A DNA stretch of 64,000 nucleotides, taken from positions 2,145-66,144 of the forward strand of contig DATKGA010000034.1 in NCBI GenBank assembly GCA_035510935.1, given 5' to 3'. Under the pieces are notes generated by a model. The model did not search any database. It was not told the origin of the DNA and saw only the letters and a list, made by a program, of their open reading frames with translations. Both the position numbers and the translations under genes were made by a program. Source of the stretch: Acidobacteriaceae bacterium. GTDB taxonomy: Bacteria > Acidobacteriota > Terriglobia > Terriglobales > Acidobacteriaceae. Positions 32,298 to 41,043 of this stretch are shown in pieces. Each line of letters begins with the position of its first letter. The first letter of the stretch is position 1.

Positions 32298-33884
32298 ATG
32301 AAACACTTAGCAATCGCGGGGCTATTCCTGGCCATGGCTTCGAGCAGCGCATTGGCGCAGGTTAACGCGGGCGAGCAGAAGTCAGACCCGAACCTGCCCT
32401 TCACCGTGACCCAGGTCACGACCTTGGATCTGCCCTGGAAGATTGCTTTCCTGCCCGATGGGCGGATGCTGATCACGGAGAAGGTCGGTGCCATGCAACT
32501 GGTCACGCAGCAGGGAGCAAAGACTCCGGTTGCGAACGTTCCGGCCGTTGAGTGGCAGGGTCAGGGTGGAATGCTTGGCGTCTACCTCTCGCCGAACTAT
32601 GCCAAAGACCACAATGTATACCTCACCTATTCCGAGCCTGGCGAACCTGGCGGTTCGAGCCTCGCGCTGGCGCGGGCCCAGTTAAAGATCGGAAACGATG
32701 CGGCCAGCCTCGAAGGGCTCCAGGTCATCTGGCGCGACGGCGAGCGGGGTGAGGGCGGACAGTTCGGCGCGGAGGTCGCCTTCTCTCCTGACAGCAAGTA
32801 CCTGTTCCTCACGGTTGGCGACCGGCAACGCATGACGCCGGCCCAGGATCCCAACCAGCCCCTCGGCAAGCTGCTGCGACTGACACTCGATGGCAAACCA
32901 GCCCCGGGGAATCCCATGGCAGGCAAGACTGGCGCGGCCACCGTGCCAGTCATCAACCCGCCCGCGGATACGGAAGCTGCGAAGACGGCCCCGGTGGTAC
33001 GGACGTACACCTTTCCGGGCCCGAACCTGACGCCCGCCGAGACATGGGCCATCGGCATACGCACTCCCTATGGTCTGGCCTTTGCACCAGATGGCCGGCT
33101 GTGGGAGCTTGAACATGGCCCACGTGGCGGCGATGAGTTGAACCTGATGGAGCCCGGCAAGAATTATGGCTGGCCTCTTGTCTCTTACGGAATCAACTAT
33201 AACGGCGTTCCCATCCCCAGTCCGGATACGCGGCCTGACCTGACCAAGCCCGTGATCTACTGGGTCCCCGTGATCGCACCGGGCAACCTGATGTTTTACA
33301 AAGGCGCAATGTTCCCGCAATGGAATGGGTCGGCCTTTGCCACCGGTCTGGCATCCATGTCGCTTACCCGCATCACCATGGACGGCAAGGGAGGGGCGCA
33401 GGCAGTCGATCGCTGGAGCCTGGGCTTCAGAATTCGCGACATGGAGGTGGCACCCGATGGAGCGCTATGGATGATCGAGGACGCGAAGCCGGGTCGTCTG
33501 GTACGCCTGACGCCGTTGGGCATGGCGGTTTCGGCTCCGGTGGCGCAGGCTGCAATGGCTGCCTCGGCTCCAAGTGTCTCTGCGACGCCGAGTGGGGGTG
33601 GGACGGCGAATGCCTCGAGTGTCGAACATGTGAAGAGCATTATTGCGGACAACAACTGTCTGGTGTGCCATCGTATCGGACGCGAAGGAGGGGACATTGC
33701 GCCGTCGTTGAACGGAGTGGGAACGCGGCGCACGGCGGAGCAGATACGGGCGGCGATTGTGAACCCGCCGGAAAAGACGAGCGCCGGCACTCCCAACCCT
33801 ATGTCTTCCTACGCCAATAAACTTACGCAGGAAGATCTACAGAACCTGATTCACTACCTCAGCGCACTTCCCCCTTTACCCTGA
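32298..33884 (+). CDS. PQQ-dependent sugar (aldose/sorbosone) dehydrogenase fused to a C-terminal c-type cytochrome domain
   Basis: Signal peptide. Soluble glucose/sorbosone dehydrogenase family signature region GLAFAPDGRLWELEHGPRGGDELNLMEPGKNYGWP. C-terminal haem-binding CLVCH followed by a Met-containing segment (NPMSSY). Confidence 0.85.
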   Translation: MKHLAIAGLFLAMASSSALAQVNAGEQKSDPNLPFTVTQVTTLDLPWKIAFLPDGRMLITEKVGAMQLVTQQGAKTPVANVPAVEWQGQGGMLGVYLSPNYAKDHNVYLTYSEPGEPGGSSLALARAQLKIGNDAASLEGLQVIWRDGERGEGGQFGAEVAFSPDSKYLFLTVGDRQRMTPAQDPNQPLGKLLRLTLDGKPAPGNPMAGKTGAATVPVINPPADTEAAKTAPVVRTYTFPGPNLTPAETWAIGIRTPYGLAFAPDGRLWELEHGPRGGDELNLMEPGKNYGWPLVSYGINYNGVPIPSPDTRPDLTKPVIYWVPVIAPGNLMFYKGAMFPQWNGSAFATGLASMSLTRITMDGKGGAQAVDRWSLGFRIRDMEVAPDGALWMIEDAKPGRLVRLTPLGMAVSAPVAQAAMAASAPSVSATPSGGGTANASSVEHVKSIIADNNCLVCHRIGREGGDIAPSLNGVGTRRTAEQIRAAIVNPPEKTSAGTPNPMSSYANKLTQEDLQNLIHYLSALPPLP

Positions 33885-34138
33885 TTTTTTTTGAGAAACC
33901 AAAAGAGTGTTGCGAAGCGAACGAATAGCCGAGGCACTGGGATCTGGACGTGTGCCGACAGGTCATCGTGCTCAACCGGAGTATCTACTAGAACGGGGTG
34001 GAATGCTTGCCGTCATTCGGTCAGACGGGGGCGGGCTCATACGTTTGAAGTTGTATGCCCGGCGGTTGACAATCGGGCGGGGCAGCCGTCAACTTGATAG
34101 GGCTGATTTTTTTTCAGTGGGGGCACGGCGTAAAGGAT

Positions 34139-34687
34139 ATGGGTAGTGCGGTTGAGATAGCGGAAGTGAGCGCGGACAGCGGCAAGAGACCCGGCACAAC
34201 TTGCGAGCACACAGCGAGGCATCACGACAGCGGCCTGCTGGCGATTGGCCTGCTGAAGCTGGCGGAGGCGGTCTTCTTCTTCCTGGTCGGCGTGGGAGCA
34301 ATCCACTTCATTCATCGCGATCTGGGCGACTCGGCGCTGCGCCTGGCGGAGAGGTTGCGGGTCGATCCCGATGGGCGGCTGGTGTCGTGGATGCTGGACC
34401 ATCTGGATGCGATCACGGCGCAACGATTGAAGCAGATTGGCGTGGCAACCTTCTTCTACGCAGGGCTGCGGACGACCGAAGGGATTGGGTTGGTACTGGA
34501 GAAGGTGTGGGCCGAGTACCTGACGGTGTTCGTGACCATGGCGTTTTTGCCGTGGGAGCTCTACGAGATTGCGCGGCACCCGGACTGGGTGCGGGTGTGT
34601 CTGCTGGTGGCGAACCTGATTGTGCTGGCGTACCTGGTGTGGTGGCTGGGACGCAATCGCCGGGTGGAGAGAGTTGCGGGGGAGTGA
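34139..34687 (+). CDS. DUF2127-like membrane protein
   Basis: The four-TM pattern and LLAIGLLKLAEAVFFFLVGVGAIHFIHRD resemble DUF2127. The ATG at 34139 has AAAGGA upstream. Confidence 0.5.
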   Translation: MGSAVEIAEVSADSGKRPGTTCEHTARHHDSGLLAIGLLKLAEAVFFFLVGVGAIHFIHRDLGDSALRLAERLRVDPDGRLVSWMLDHLDAITAQRLKQIGVATFFYAGLRTTEGIGLVLEKVWAEYLTVFVTMAFLPWELYEIARHPDWVRVCLLVANLIVLAYLVWWLGRNRRVERVAGE

Positions 34688-34903
34688 TTGGAGCGAGCGA
34701 CTTTCGCTTTTCTTTTGCTATCGCAAGTCAGGACGGGCCGCAAGTGGGAGTTTTCGGGTGTACCATCCGGCTTAACACTACATATAGCGGTTATGGATTA
34801 GCCAACTCTACATGTAGATATTTCCACATTCAGGGCAAAATTTAGTCTTCAGATTCCTAAATTAGTGCTTGCAAAGAGGAATCCGGTGCGGCAGGATTGC
34901 GGA

Positions 34904-34930
34904 GTGGAGTGAAGTGGTAAAAAATGGAGT
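34904..34930 (+). promoter_or_regulatory. Putative MraZ operator: three phased (G/A)TGG(A/T) repeats upstream of mraZ
   Basis: GTGGAGT starts at 34904, GTGGTAA at 34914 and ATGGAGT at 34924, exactly 10 bp apart and about 95 bp upstream of mraZ. The E. coli MraZ operator is three 10-bp-phased direct repeats of a TGGG-type box. A possible promoter (TTGCGG at 34897, AAAAAT at 34920) overlaps them. Confidence 0.5.
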
Positions 34931-35022
34931 ACAGCGGATAGAGTCGCTCACTTCCAAGCCAGTTTACTCCCCAAAGCTGTATCCAGTGGGCTGGCTAGTT
35001 TGGTTCGGGCCATGAGGTTGTG

Positions 35023-35481
35023 ATGTTTCGAGGGAATCACCCAACGCGCGTGGACGAGAAGGGCCGGCTGAAACTGCCGGCTGAGTTCAAGCGCCGGGTG
35101 GACGAGGTGTACGGGCCGCTGTTCTACATAACGAGCATGGATGGCAAGCGGGCGCAGGTTTATCCGCTTAAGGAGTGGGAGGCGATTGAGGCGTCGCTGC
35201 AGAAGATGTCTCCCATGGACCCGGTGCGGCGGAAGTTCCAGGATGTAACGAATTTTTACGGACAGATGGCGGAGATGGACGCGCAGGGCCGGTTGCTGAT
35301 TCCGCAGAAGCTGCGCGATATGGCCAAGGTGACGGGAGACGTCGAGGTGCTGGGGTCGCAGACGTTGCTGGAGGTTGTGAACAGCGAAGTCTTCACCAGC
35401 ATGATGACCAAGGCGACGGGCGCGGTGGAGCTGACGGACGAGGACCTGAGCTCGTTTGCGGGAAAGACGAACGAGACGTAG
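35023..35481 (+). CDS. mraZ: Transcriptional regulator MraZ
   Basis: MFRGNHPTRVDEKGRLKLPAEFK, and the second SpoVT/AbrB-like half has DAQGRLLIPQKLR. Confidence 0.92.
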   Translation: MFRGNHPTRVDEKGRLKLPAEFKRRVDEVYGPLFYITSMDGKRAQVYPLKEWEAIEASLQKMSPMDPVRRKFQDVTNFYGQMAEMDAQGRLLIPQKLRDMAKVTGDVEVLGSQTLLEVVNSEVFTSMMTKATGAVELTDEDLSSFAGKTNET

Positions 35482-35526
35482 CGAGAGATTGGTTTGGCCC
35501 CCAGGGGCAGCACAGAGGCGGACGGG

Positions 35527-36432
35527 ATGAATAAACCGCAGCATGTGCCAGTTCTTTTAGAGGATGTTTTGCAGTACCTCAATGTGCGGCCCGGCGGCGT
35601 GATTGCGGATGCGACGGTTGGGCTGGGCGGACACTCTTCGGCGATTGCGAAGAGGCTGGGCGGGGCGGGCAGGCTGATCTGCTTCGACCGCGACCCGCAG
35701 GCGATGGAGTTGGCCAAGGCCCGGATGGACGAGCTGAGGGCCGAGTTGACGGATGCAATGCCCGAGGTGGTTTTCCACTCACGGGCGTTCTCGGAGTTGG
35801 CCAACGTGATTGGGCCGGGAAGTCTGGATGGATTACTGGCGGACTTTGGAGTGAGCAGCCTGCAGTTGGACGAGGCACAGAGAGGATTCAGTTTTCGGCT
35901 GGATGCACCGCTCGACATGCGGATGGATACGCGCAGCGGAGAGACGGCCGAGCAAGTGGTAAATCAGGAAGACGAAAACGAACTCGCCGACCTGATTTAC
36001 GAATTCGGAGAGGAAAGGAGGTCGCGGAGAATCGCCAGAGCCATTGTTAGGGCCCGGCCGATACGGACGACAGCGGAATTGGCTGAAATCGTATCGGCCG
36101 CGGCCCCATCAATGAAAGGCGACAAGATTCATCCCGCGACACGGACCTTTCAGGCGCTTCGAATTCGAGTGAACGATGAGTTGGGAGAGATCGGGTCGCT
36201 GCTGGAAAGCGCGCCCTCTCTGCTGAAACCGGGAGGAAGGCTGGTGTTGATCAGCTTCCACTCGCTGGAAGACCGGCTGGTGAAGGACAGTTTTCGCGAG
36301 GCCGGGCGGAAGAAGATTTTTGAAGTGTTGACCAAGAAGCCGGTGGTCGCGGAGGAGCAGGAACAGATGCGAAACCCGCGATCGAGAAGCGCGAAACTAC
36401 GAGCGGCGAAAAAAGCAGCGGGTAGTGAGTAG
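35527..36432 (+). CDS. rsmH: 16S rRNA (cytosine1402-N4)-methyltransferase
   Basis: HVPVLLEDVLQYL, DATVGLGGHS, DFGVSSLQLD, ISFHSLEDRLVK. Start chosen at MNKPQ (35527). Confidence 0.92.
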   Translation: MNKPQHVPVLLEDVLQYLNVRPGGVIADATVGLGGHSSAIAKRLGGAGRLICFDRDPQAMELAKARMDELRAELTDAMPEVVFHSRAFSELANVIGPGSLDGLLADFGVSSLQLDEAQRGFSFRLDAPLDMRMDTRSGETAEQVVNQEDENELADLIYEFGEERRSRRIARAIVRARPIRTTAELAEIVSAAAPSMKGDKIHPATRTFQALRIRVNDELGEIGSLLESAPSLLKPGGRLVLISFHSLEDRLVKDSFREAGRKKIFEVLTKKPVVAEEQEQMRNPRSRSAKLRAAKKAAGSE

Positions 36433-36455
36433 TGCACGAAGGAAAAGGAGGGGCG

Positions 36456-36977
36456 ATGGCGACGATGGCGACGGCAGGACAGGGAGCGATTTTTGGAATG
36501 GGTATGGGCAGCATGAGCCATACGTCGCAGTCTCGCGCGCAGCGCAACCGCGAGCTTTTCGAGCTGCAGAAGAGCGCGCGCCGCGGACCGACGCCCGAGG
36601 TATTCTTCGTCAAGCACATCGACAACAGTCGCATTGTGAAGGCCGACGATCCGGAGCGCAGGCGCGAGATGCGCGTTTTCACCCTGACGATGAGCATTCT
36701 GTTTGTGCTGGTGATGGTGTATGTGTGGCAGCATTTTTCGGCCATCGAGATCGGCTACCAGGTGGAGACACAGAAGCAGCAGGTGGAACAGATGCAGGAG
36801 CAGAACAGGCAGCTTCGCCTGAGCGAAGCACAGTTGAGCAATCCGGTTCGCATCGACCAAATTGCCCGCGAACAGCTAGGGCTTGAGGCCCCGGAGCCGG
36901 GCCAGGTGGTGCGTCCCGATGGGGCCGGAAGCAACGCGCCCGTGCTGGCGCAGGCATCGACGCCATCGCTGCCCTAA
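36456..36977 (+). CDS. ftsL: Cell division protein FtsL-like
   Basis: Its position is between rsmH and ftsI. It has a single TM (VFTLTMSILFVLVMVYVW) followed by a coiled coil (QKQQVEQMQEQNRQLRLSEAQLSNPVRIDQIAREQLGL). The ATG at 36456 has AAGGAGGGG just upstream. Confidence 0.8.
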   Translation: MATMATAGQGAIFGMGMGSMSHTSQSRAQRNRELFELQKSARRGPTPEVFFVKHIDNSRIVKADDPERRREMRVFTLTMSILFVLVMVYVWQHFSAIEIGYQVETQKQQVEQMQEQNRQLRLSEAQLSNPVRIDQIAREQLGLEAPEPGQVVRPDGAGSNAPVLAQASTPSLP

Positions 36978-36980
36978 GAC

Positions 36981-37105
36981 CAGTGGGTAGTTGGTAGTGA
37001 GTAGTTGTCGAGTGGCAGTTGTTGGTGGTCAGTTGCTGGCTGAGTCGCATTAGAATGCTCACTACGTATAACAACTCACAACTAACCACTACCAACTAAG
37101 TACTG
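36981..37105 (+). repeat. Long imperfect hairpin built from GT-rich and CA-rich heptamer arrays in the ftsL-ftsI spacer
   Basis: The left arm 36981-37008 (CAGTGGGTAGTTGGTAGTGAGTAGTTGT) pairs with the right arm 37078-37105 (ACAACTAACCACTACCAACTAAGTACTG), giving 23 Watson-Crick plus 1 GU of 28 by hand pairing. The interior also consists of about 7-nt repeat units (TGGCAG TTGTTGG TGGTCAG TTGCTGG). Confidence 0.8.
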
Positions 37106-37117
37106 ATTTTGGAGCCC

Positions 37118-39493
37118 ATGAAACAAGCGACCCGACAGAGTTCACGCCGGACACTGACCGCTCCGATCCGCAAGGTACGCTTTGCGTGGGTGGCGATCTT
37201 CTTCTGTGCGTGGGTGGGTGCGATCGGTGCGCGGCTGGTGTTGCTGCAGGTGGTCCAACACGGGGAGTGGGTGGACAAGGCGAAGCACCAGCAGCAACAT
37301 ACCTTCGAAGTGGCGCCGCACCGCGGTGTGTTGTACGACCGCAATCTGCGCGAACTGGCAATGACGGTGCTGGTGGATTCGATCTATGTGGACCCGACGG
37401 AGCTGGGCGAGAACCGGGCCAATGCGGCTGAGATCCTAGCGGAGGTGGTGCATAGCGATCCTGCTGACAACTTCACCTCGGAGCAGCAGATGCTGGCGCG
37501 CTTCAACGACTCGAAGAACTTTGCGTGGGTGGCGCGCAGGGTGGATGCGGAGACGGCAAACCGGGTGCGCGAGCTGAACCTGAAGGGGGTCTACTTTCAA
37601 AAGGAGTTCAAGCGCTTTTATCCCAACAACGATCTGGCCGCGCAGGTTCTGGGATATGTGGGCAGCGACGACACGGGTTTGGGCGGTCTGGAACAGGAGT
37701 TCGACGACGAGATGCATGGGACGCCCGGCCACATGCTGACCGCTGTAGACGCCAGGCGGCATGTGATGGGTAGCGTAGAGAACGAGCCACTGCCTGGCGA
37801 CAACCTGGTGCTGAGCATCGACGCCAACATACAGTACATGGCGGAGCGCGCGCTGGACGAACAAATGACCAAGGTGAAGGCGGCGCACGGCACGGTAGTG
37901 GTGCAGGACCCGCACACCGGGCAGATCCTGGCGCTGGCCATATCTCCGCGCTTCAATCCCAACGACTCGAGGCACATGGAGCCGGGTTCACTGACCAATC
38001 TGGCGGTGAGCGATGTGTACGAGCCGGGCTCGACGTTTAAGCTGGTGACCTACTCGGCCGCAATCGACTCTGCGGGAGTGGAGCCGACCGACATTGTGGA
38101 CTGCCAGGGCGGATCGATGACGATGTATGGACGGACGCTGCACGACGACAAAACAGACCACTTTGGCGCAGTGACGGTGCAGTACGCGCTGGAACACTCG
38201 AGCGATGTGGGGGCGGCCAAGATGGCTCTGAAGACTGGCCCCGACAAGTTCTACAAATACATTAGGGGCTTCGGATTCGGCGATCGCACGGGCATCGAGC
38301 TGCCCAGCGAGACGCGCGGGCTGCTGCAGAGCCCGAAGAAGTGGGGCGCGACCAGTATTCTGTCCCTGGCGATCGGGCAGGAGGTGGGGGTTACACCAGT
38401 TCAACTTGTAACGATGGTAAGCACCATTGCGAATGGCGGGGTGTATATGCCTCCGCACGTTCTGCTGCAATCGACCGATGAGACGAAGGGCGATGCCCGG
38501 TTGCAGCCCGCGGCCTTCCATCCCTCAAACCAACTCCCTGCGACGCTGCCGGACGGCGCGCACCGTGTGATTCAGGAGTTGACGGCGGCCAAGATGCGCT
38601 CCATGATGCAGGGCATTGTGACCGAGGGTACGGGCACTGCCGCACAGTTGAATGGATATAGCGCGGGCGGCAAGACGGGGACGGCGCAAAAGGTCGATCC
38701 TGCAACGCATACGTACTCGCATACGAAACTGGTAGCGAGTTTCGCGGGGTTTGCGCCGGTCAGCTCACCTGCGGTCTCGATTGCGGTGGTGATTGACACA
38801 CCAACGGTGGGTAGTCTGTATGGCGCAACGGTGTCGGCGCCGGTGTTCCAGAAGGTGGCGCAGCAGGTGCTGGAGTACCTGGGCGTACCCCACGACCAGC
38901 CGATCAAGAGCAGTAAACAGCTACTGGTGGCGACATCGCAGGGCGCACCGGACGACGGGCCGAGTGAGCCACTAGGCGACTTGAACGTAATGTACGACGC
39001 GATCAACAATCTGCCGGCGGACGATCCGCTGCGCGCTTCGCCCAGTAGCACGGCGGACGCAGGCGAGACCCGTGCTGCAGCGCCGACTCAGACCGACGGC
39101 GCAGCTTCGGCGATCACGCAGGACAATGGGGCTACGAAGACATCGCGCATCCTGGGACTTCTGCCGGCGAAGGCTCTGGCATTGTTCAACGCGAATGGCG
39201 GGACCAATTCGGTAATGCCGGACAGCGCAACAGGTGCCGCTGCACCGCTGCGTGCCTCCACGGTTGCTGCGCAGGTGCAGCCGCGTGGCAACGGCTCGGT
39301 GGTGGTGGATGCCGGCGAGCGCGTGGCCGTGCCGTCGTTCACCGGGTCGGCGCTGCGCAGTGTTGTAGAGACGGCGGCAAGCCTCGGCCTGCGGGTTGAG
39401 CCGGTGGGCAGCGGTATGGCGCGCGAGCAGGCTCCTGTGGCAGGATCCATGGTTCCGCTGGGCACGGAAGTGGTTGTGCGCTTCGCTCGGTAG
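37118..39493 (+). CDS. ftsI: Class B penicillin-binding protein FtsI (peptidoglycan D,D-transpeptidase) with a C-terminal PASTA domain
   Basis: Transpeptidase motifs STFK (YEPGSTFKLV), SSD (EHSSDVG, the SxN position) and KTGTA. A long Ala/Pro/Ser-rich linker precedes VAVPSFTGSALRSVVETAASLGLRVEPVGSGMAREQAPVAGSMVPLGTEVVVRF, which matches the PASTA pattern. Confidence 0.9.
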   Translation: MKQATRQSSRRTLTAPIRKVRFAWVAIFFCAWVGAIGARLVLLQVVQHGEWVDKAKHQQQHTFEVAPHRGVLYDRNLRELAMTVLVDSIYVDPTELGENRANAAEILAEVVHSDPADNFTSEQQMLARFNDSKNFAWVARRVDAETANRVRELNLKGVYFQKEFKRFYPNNDLAAQVLGYVGSDDTGLGGLEQEFDDEMHGTPGHMLTAVDARRHVMGSVENEPLPGDNLVLSIDANIQYMAERALDEQMTKVKAAHGTVVVQDPHTGQILALAISPRFNPNDSRHMEPGSLTNLAVSDVYEPGSTFKLVTYSAAIDSAGVEPTDIVDCQGGSMTMYGRTLHDDKTDHFGAVTVQYALEHSSDVGAAKMALKTGPDKFYKYIRGFGFGDRTGIELPSETRGLLQSPKKWGATSILSLAIGQEVGVTPVQLVTMVSTIANGGVYMPPHVLLQSTDETKGDARLQPAAFHPSNQLPATLPDGAHRVIQELTAAKMRSMMQGIVTEGTGTAAQLNGYSAGGKTGTAQKVDPATHTYSHTKLVASFAGFAPVSSPAVSIAVVIDTPTVGSLYGATVSAPVFQKVAQQVLEYLGVPHDQPIKSSKQLLVATSQGAPDDGPSEPLGDLNVMYDAINNLPADDPLRASPSSTADAGETRAAAPTQTDGAASAITQDNGATKTSRILGLLPAKALALFNANGGTNSVMPDSATGAAAPLRASTVAAQVQPRGNGSVVVDAGERVAVPSFTGSALRSVVETAASLGLRVEPVGSGMAREQAPVAGSMVPLGTEVVVRFAR

Positions 39494-39532
39494 CGAGTGA
39501 GCAGGTTAGCAAGTCAGCGAGTCAGCAAGGGA
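39493..39532 (+). repeat. Tandem octamer array, 5 x GCRAGKNA, in the ftsI-murE spacer
   Basis: GCGAGTGA GCAGGTTA GCAAGTCA GCGAGTCA GCAAGGGA, starting at the last base of the ftsI stop codon. Confidence 0.85.
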
Positions 39533-39546
39533 CATAGAATCGGAAT

Positions 39547-41043
39547 ATGCAGTGGGCTGACGCGCTTCACGAAATTACGTGGATCGAGAGTGACGGGGGC
39601 GGCGGCGAAGTCGCCGGGGTCGAGTACGACTCGCGGTGCGTGCGTTGCGGCGCGGCCTTTGTGGCCATGCGCGGCGGGACCACGGATGGCAATCGGTACA
39701 TCGATGCGGTGATCGCGCAGGGCGCAGCAGCCATTGTGACCGACTCGCAGGAGGCCTACGCTAAGCTGCGGCTTGAGCATCCGGAGATTGCCGCGGCGCG
39801 TGTTGCACATGGAAGGCGTGCGCTTGCCGAGTTGAGCGCAGCGGTGCTTGGCCATCCCGAACGAAAACTCGTTGTCTGCGCGGTGACGGGGACCAACGGA
39901 AAAACAACAACGGCATATCTGCTGGAGCAGATGCTGCGCAACGCGGGGCGGAAGTGCGTGCTGATTGGGACGATTGAGACGCGCATTGGCGATCAGGTTC
40001 GCGATTCGCTGCATACGACGCCGGAGTCAAGCGATACGCTGGAGATCTTTGCGGATGGCGTTCGCGCAGGCGCGACCGAAGCGGTGATGGAGATGTCGTC
40101 GCACGCGCTCGATCAGGAGCGGGTGTGGGGCATACCGGTGGATGTGGCAATCTTTACTAATCTGACGCAGGACCATTTGGACTATCACGGGACGATGGAG
40201 AAGTATCTCGCCTCCAAGGCGCGGCTGTTTGATGGCGTAGGGACAGCGCCGCCGAGGGTGGCGGTGATCAACGCGGACGATCCGGCGGCAGAGGCCATTG
40301 CGCGCGCCGCGAGCCATTCGCAGTGCATGATGTTCAGCGCGGAGGGGCGCGGAGAATTTCGCACGGAGCAGGTCCGGATGCAGGGGGGGGAGACGCGCTT
40401 TCAATTTGTAACAGATTCAGGTTCGATAGAAATTCAGTCACCTCTGACGGGACGGGTCAATGTTGCGAACCTTCTGGCCGCTGCGTGCGCGGCATTGGCG
40501 CGGGGACTTTCGCTGGAAGCGATTGCTGCGGCTACGCGGAATCTGAAGCCCGCACCGGGACGGTTTCAGGTGGTGCCGGGATCGGCGGCGGTTGGGTTCA
40601 ACGTTGTTGTGGATTACGCGCACACGGACGATGCGCTGCGAAACCTGATTGCCCTGGCGCGCGAGCTGGTGAAGGACAGCGGAGGCCGTGTGATTACGAT
40701 GTTTGGATGCGGCGGCGACCGCGACCGGACGAAGAGGCCGCGCATGGGGAGGGCCGCTGCGGAGGGCAGCGATCTGGTGGTACTGACCAGCGACAATCCG
40801 CGCAGCGAGGAGCCGATGACAGTCATTGCAGAGGCGCTGGTTGGCGTTCGCGAGACAACGACCGAGTGCATCGTCGAGCCGGAGCGCGCGGACGCCATCG
40901 GGATTGCCATCCGTGCAGCGCGCAAGGGCGATATAGTTCTGCTTGCGGGTAAAGGGCATGAGAAGGTACAGATTTTGCGGGACAGGACGATTCCGTTCGA
41001 CGATGTGCTGGTCGCGCTGAAGATTTTGAAGGAGATGCAGTGA
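39547..41043 (+). CDS. murE: UDP-N-acetylmuramoyl-L-alanyl-D-glutamate--2,6-diaminopimelate ligase
   Basis: Mur ligase P-loop VTGTNGKTTT, a DNPR motif (LTSDNPRSEEP) and its position in the dcw cluster. Confidence 0.92.
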   Translation: MQWADALHEITWIESDGGGGEVAGVEYDSRCVRCGAAFVAMRGGTTDGNRYIDAVIAQGAAAIVTDSQEAYAKLRLEHPEIAAARVAHGRRALAELSAAVLGHPERKLVVCAVTGTNGKTTTAYLLEQMLRNAGRKCVLIGTIETRIGDQVRDSLHTTPESSDTLEIFADGVRAGATEAVMEMSSHALDQERVWGIPVDVAIFTNLTQDHLDYHGTMEKYLASKARLFDGVGTAPPRVAVINADDPAAEAIARAASHSQCMMFSAEGRGEFRTEQVRMQGGETRFQFVTDSGSIEIQSPLTGRVNVANLLAAACAALARGLSLEAIAAATRNLKPAPGRFQVVPGSAAVGFNVVVDYAHTDDALRNLIALARELVKDSGGRVITMFGCGGDRDRTKRPRMGRAAAEGSDLVVLTSDNPRSEEPMTVIAEALVGVRETTTECIVEPERADAIGIAIRAARKGDIVLLAGKGHEKVQILRDRTIPFDDVLVALKILKEMQ

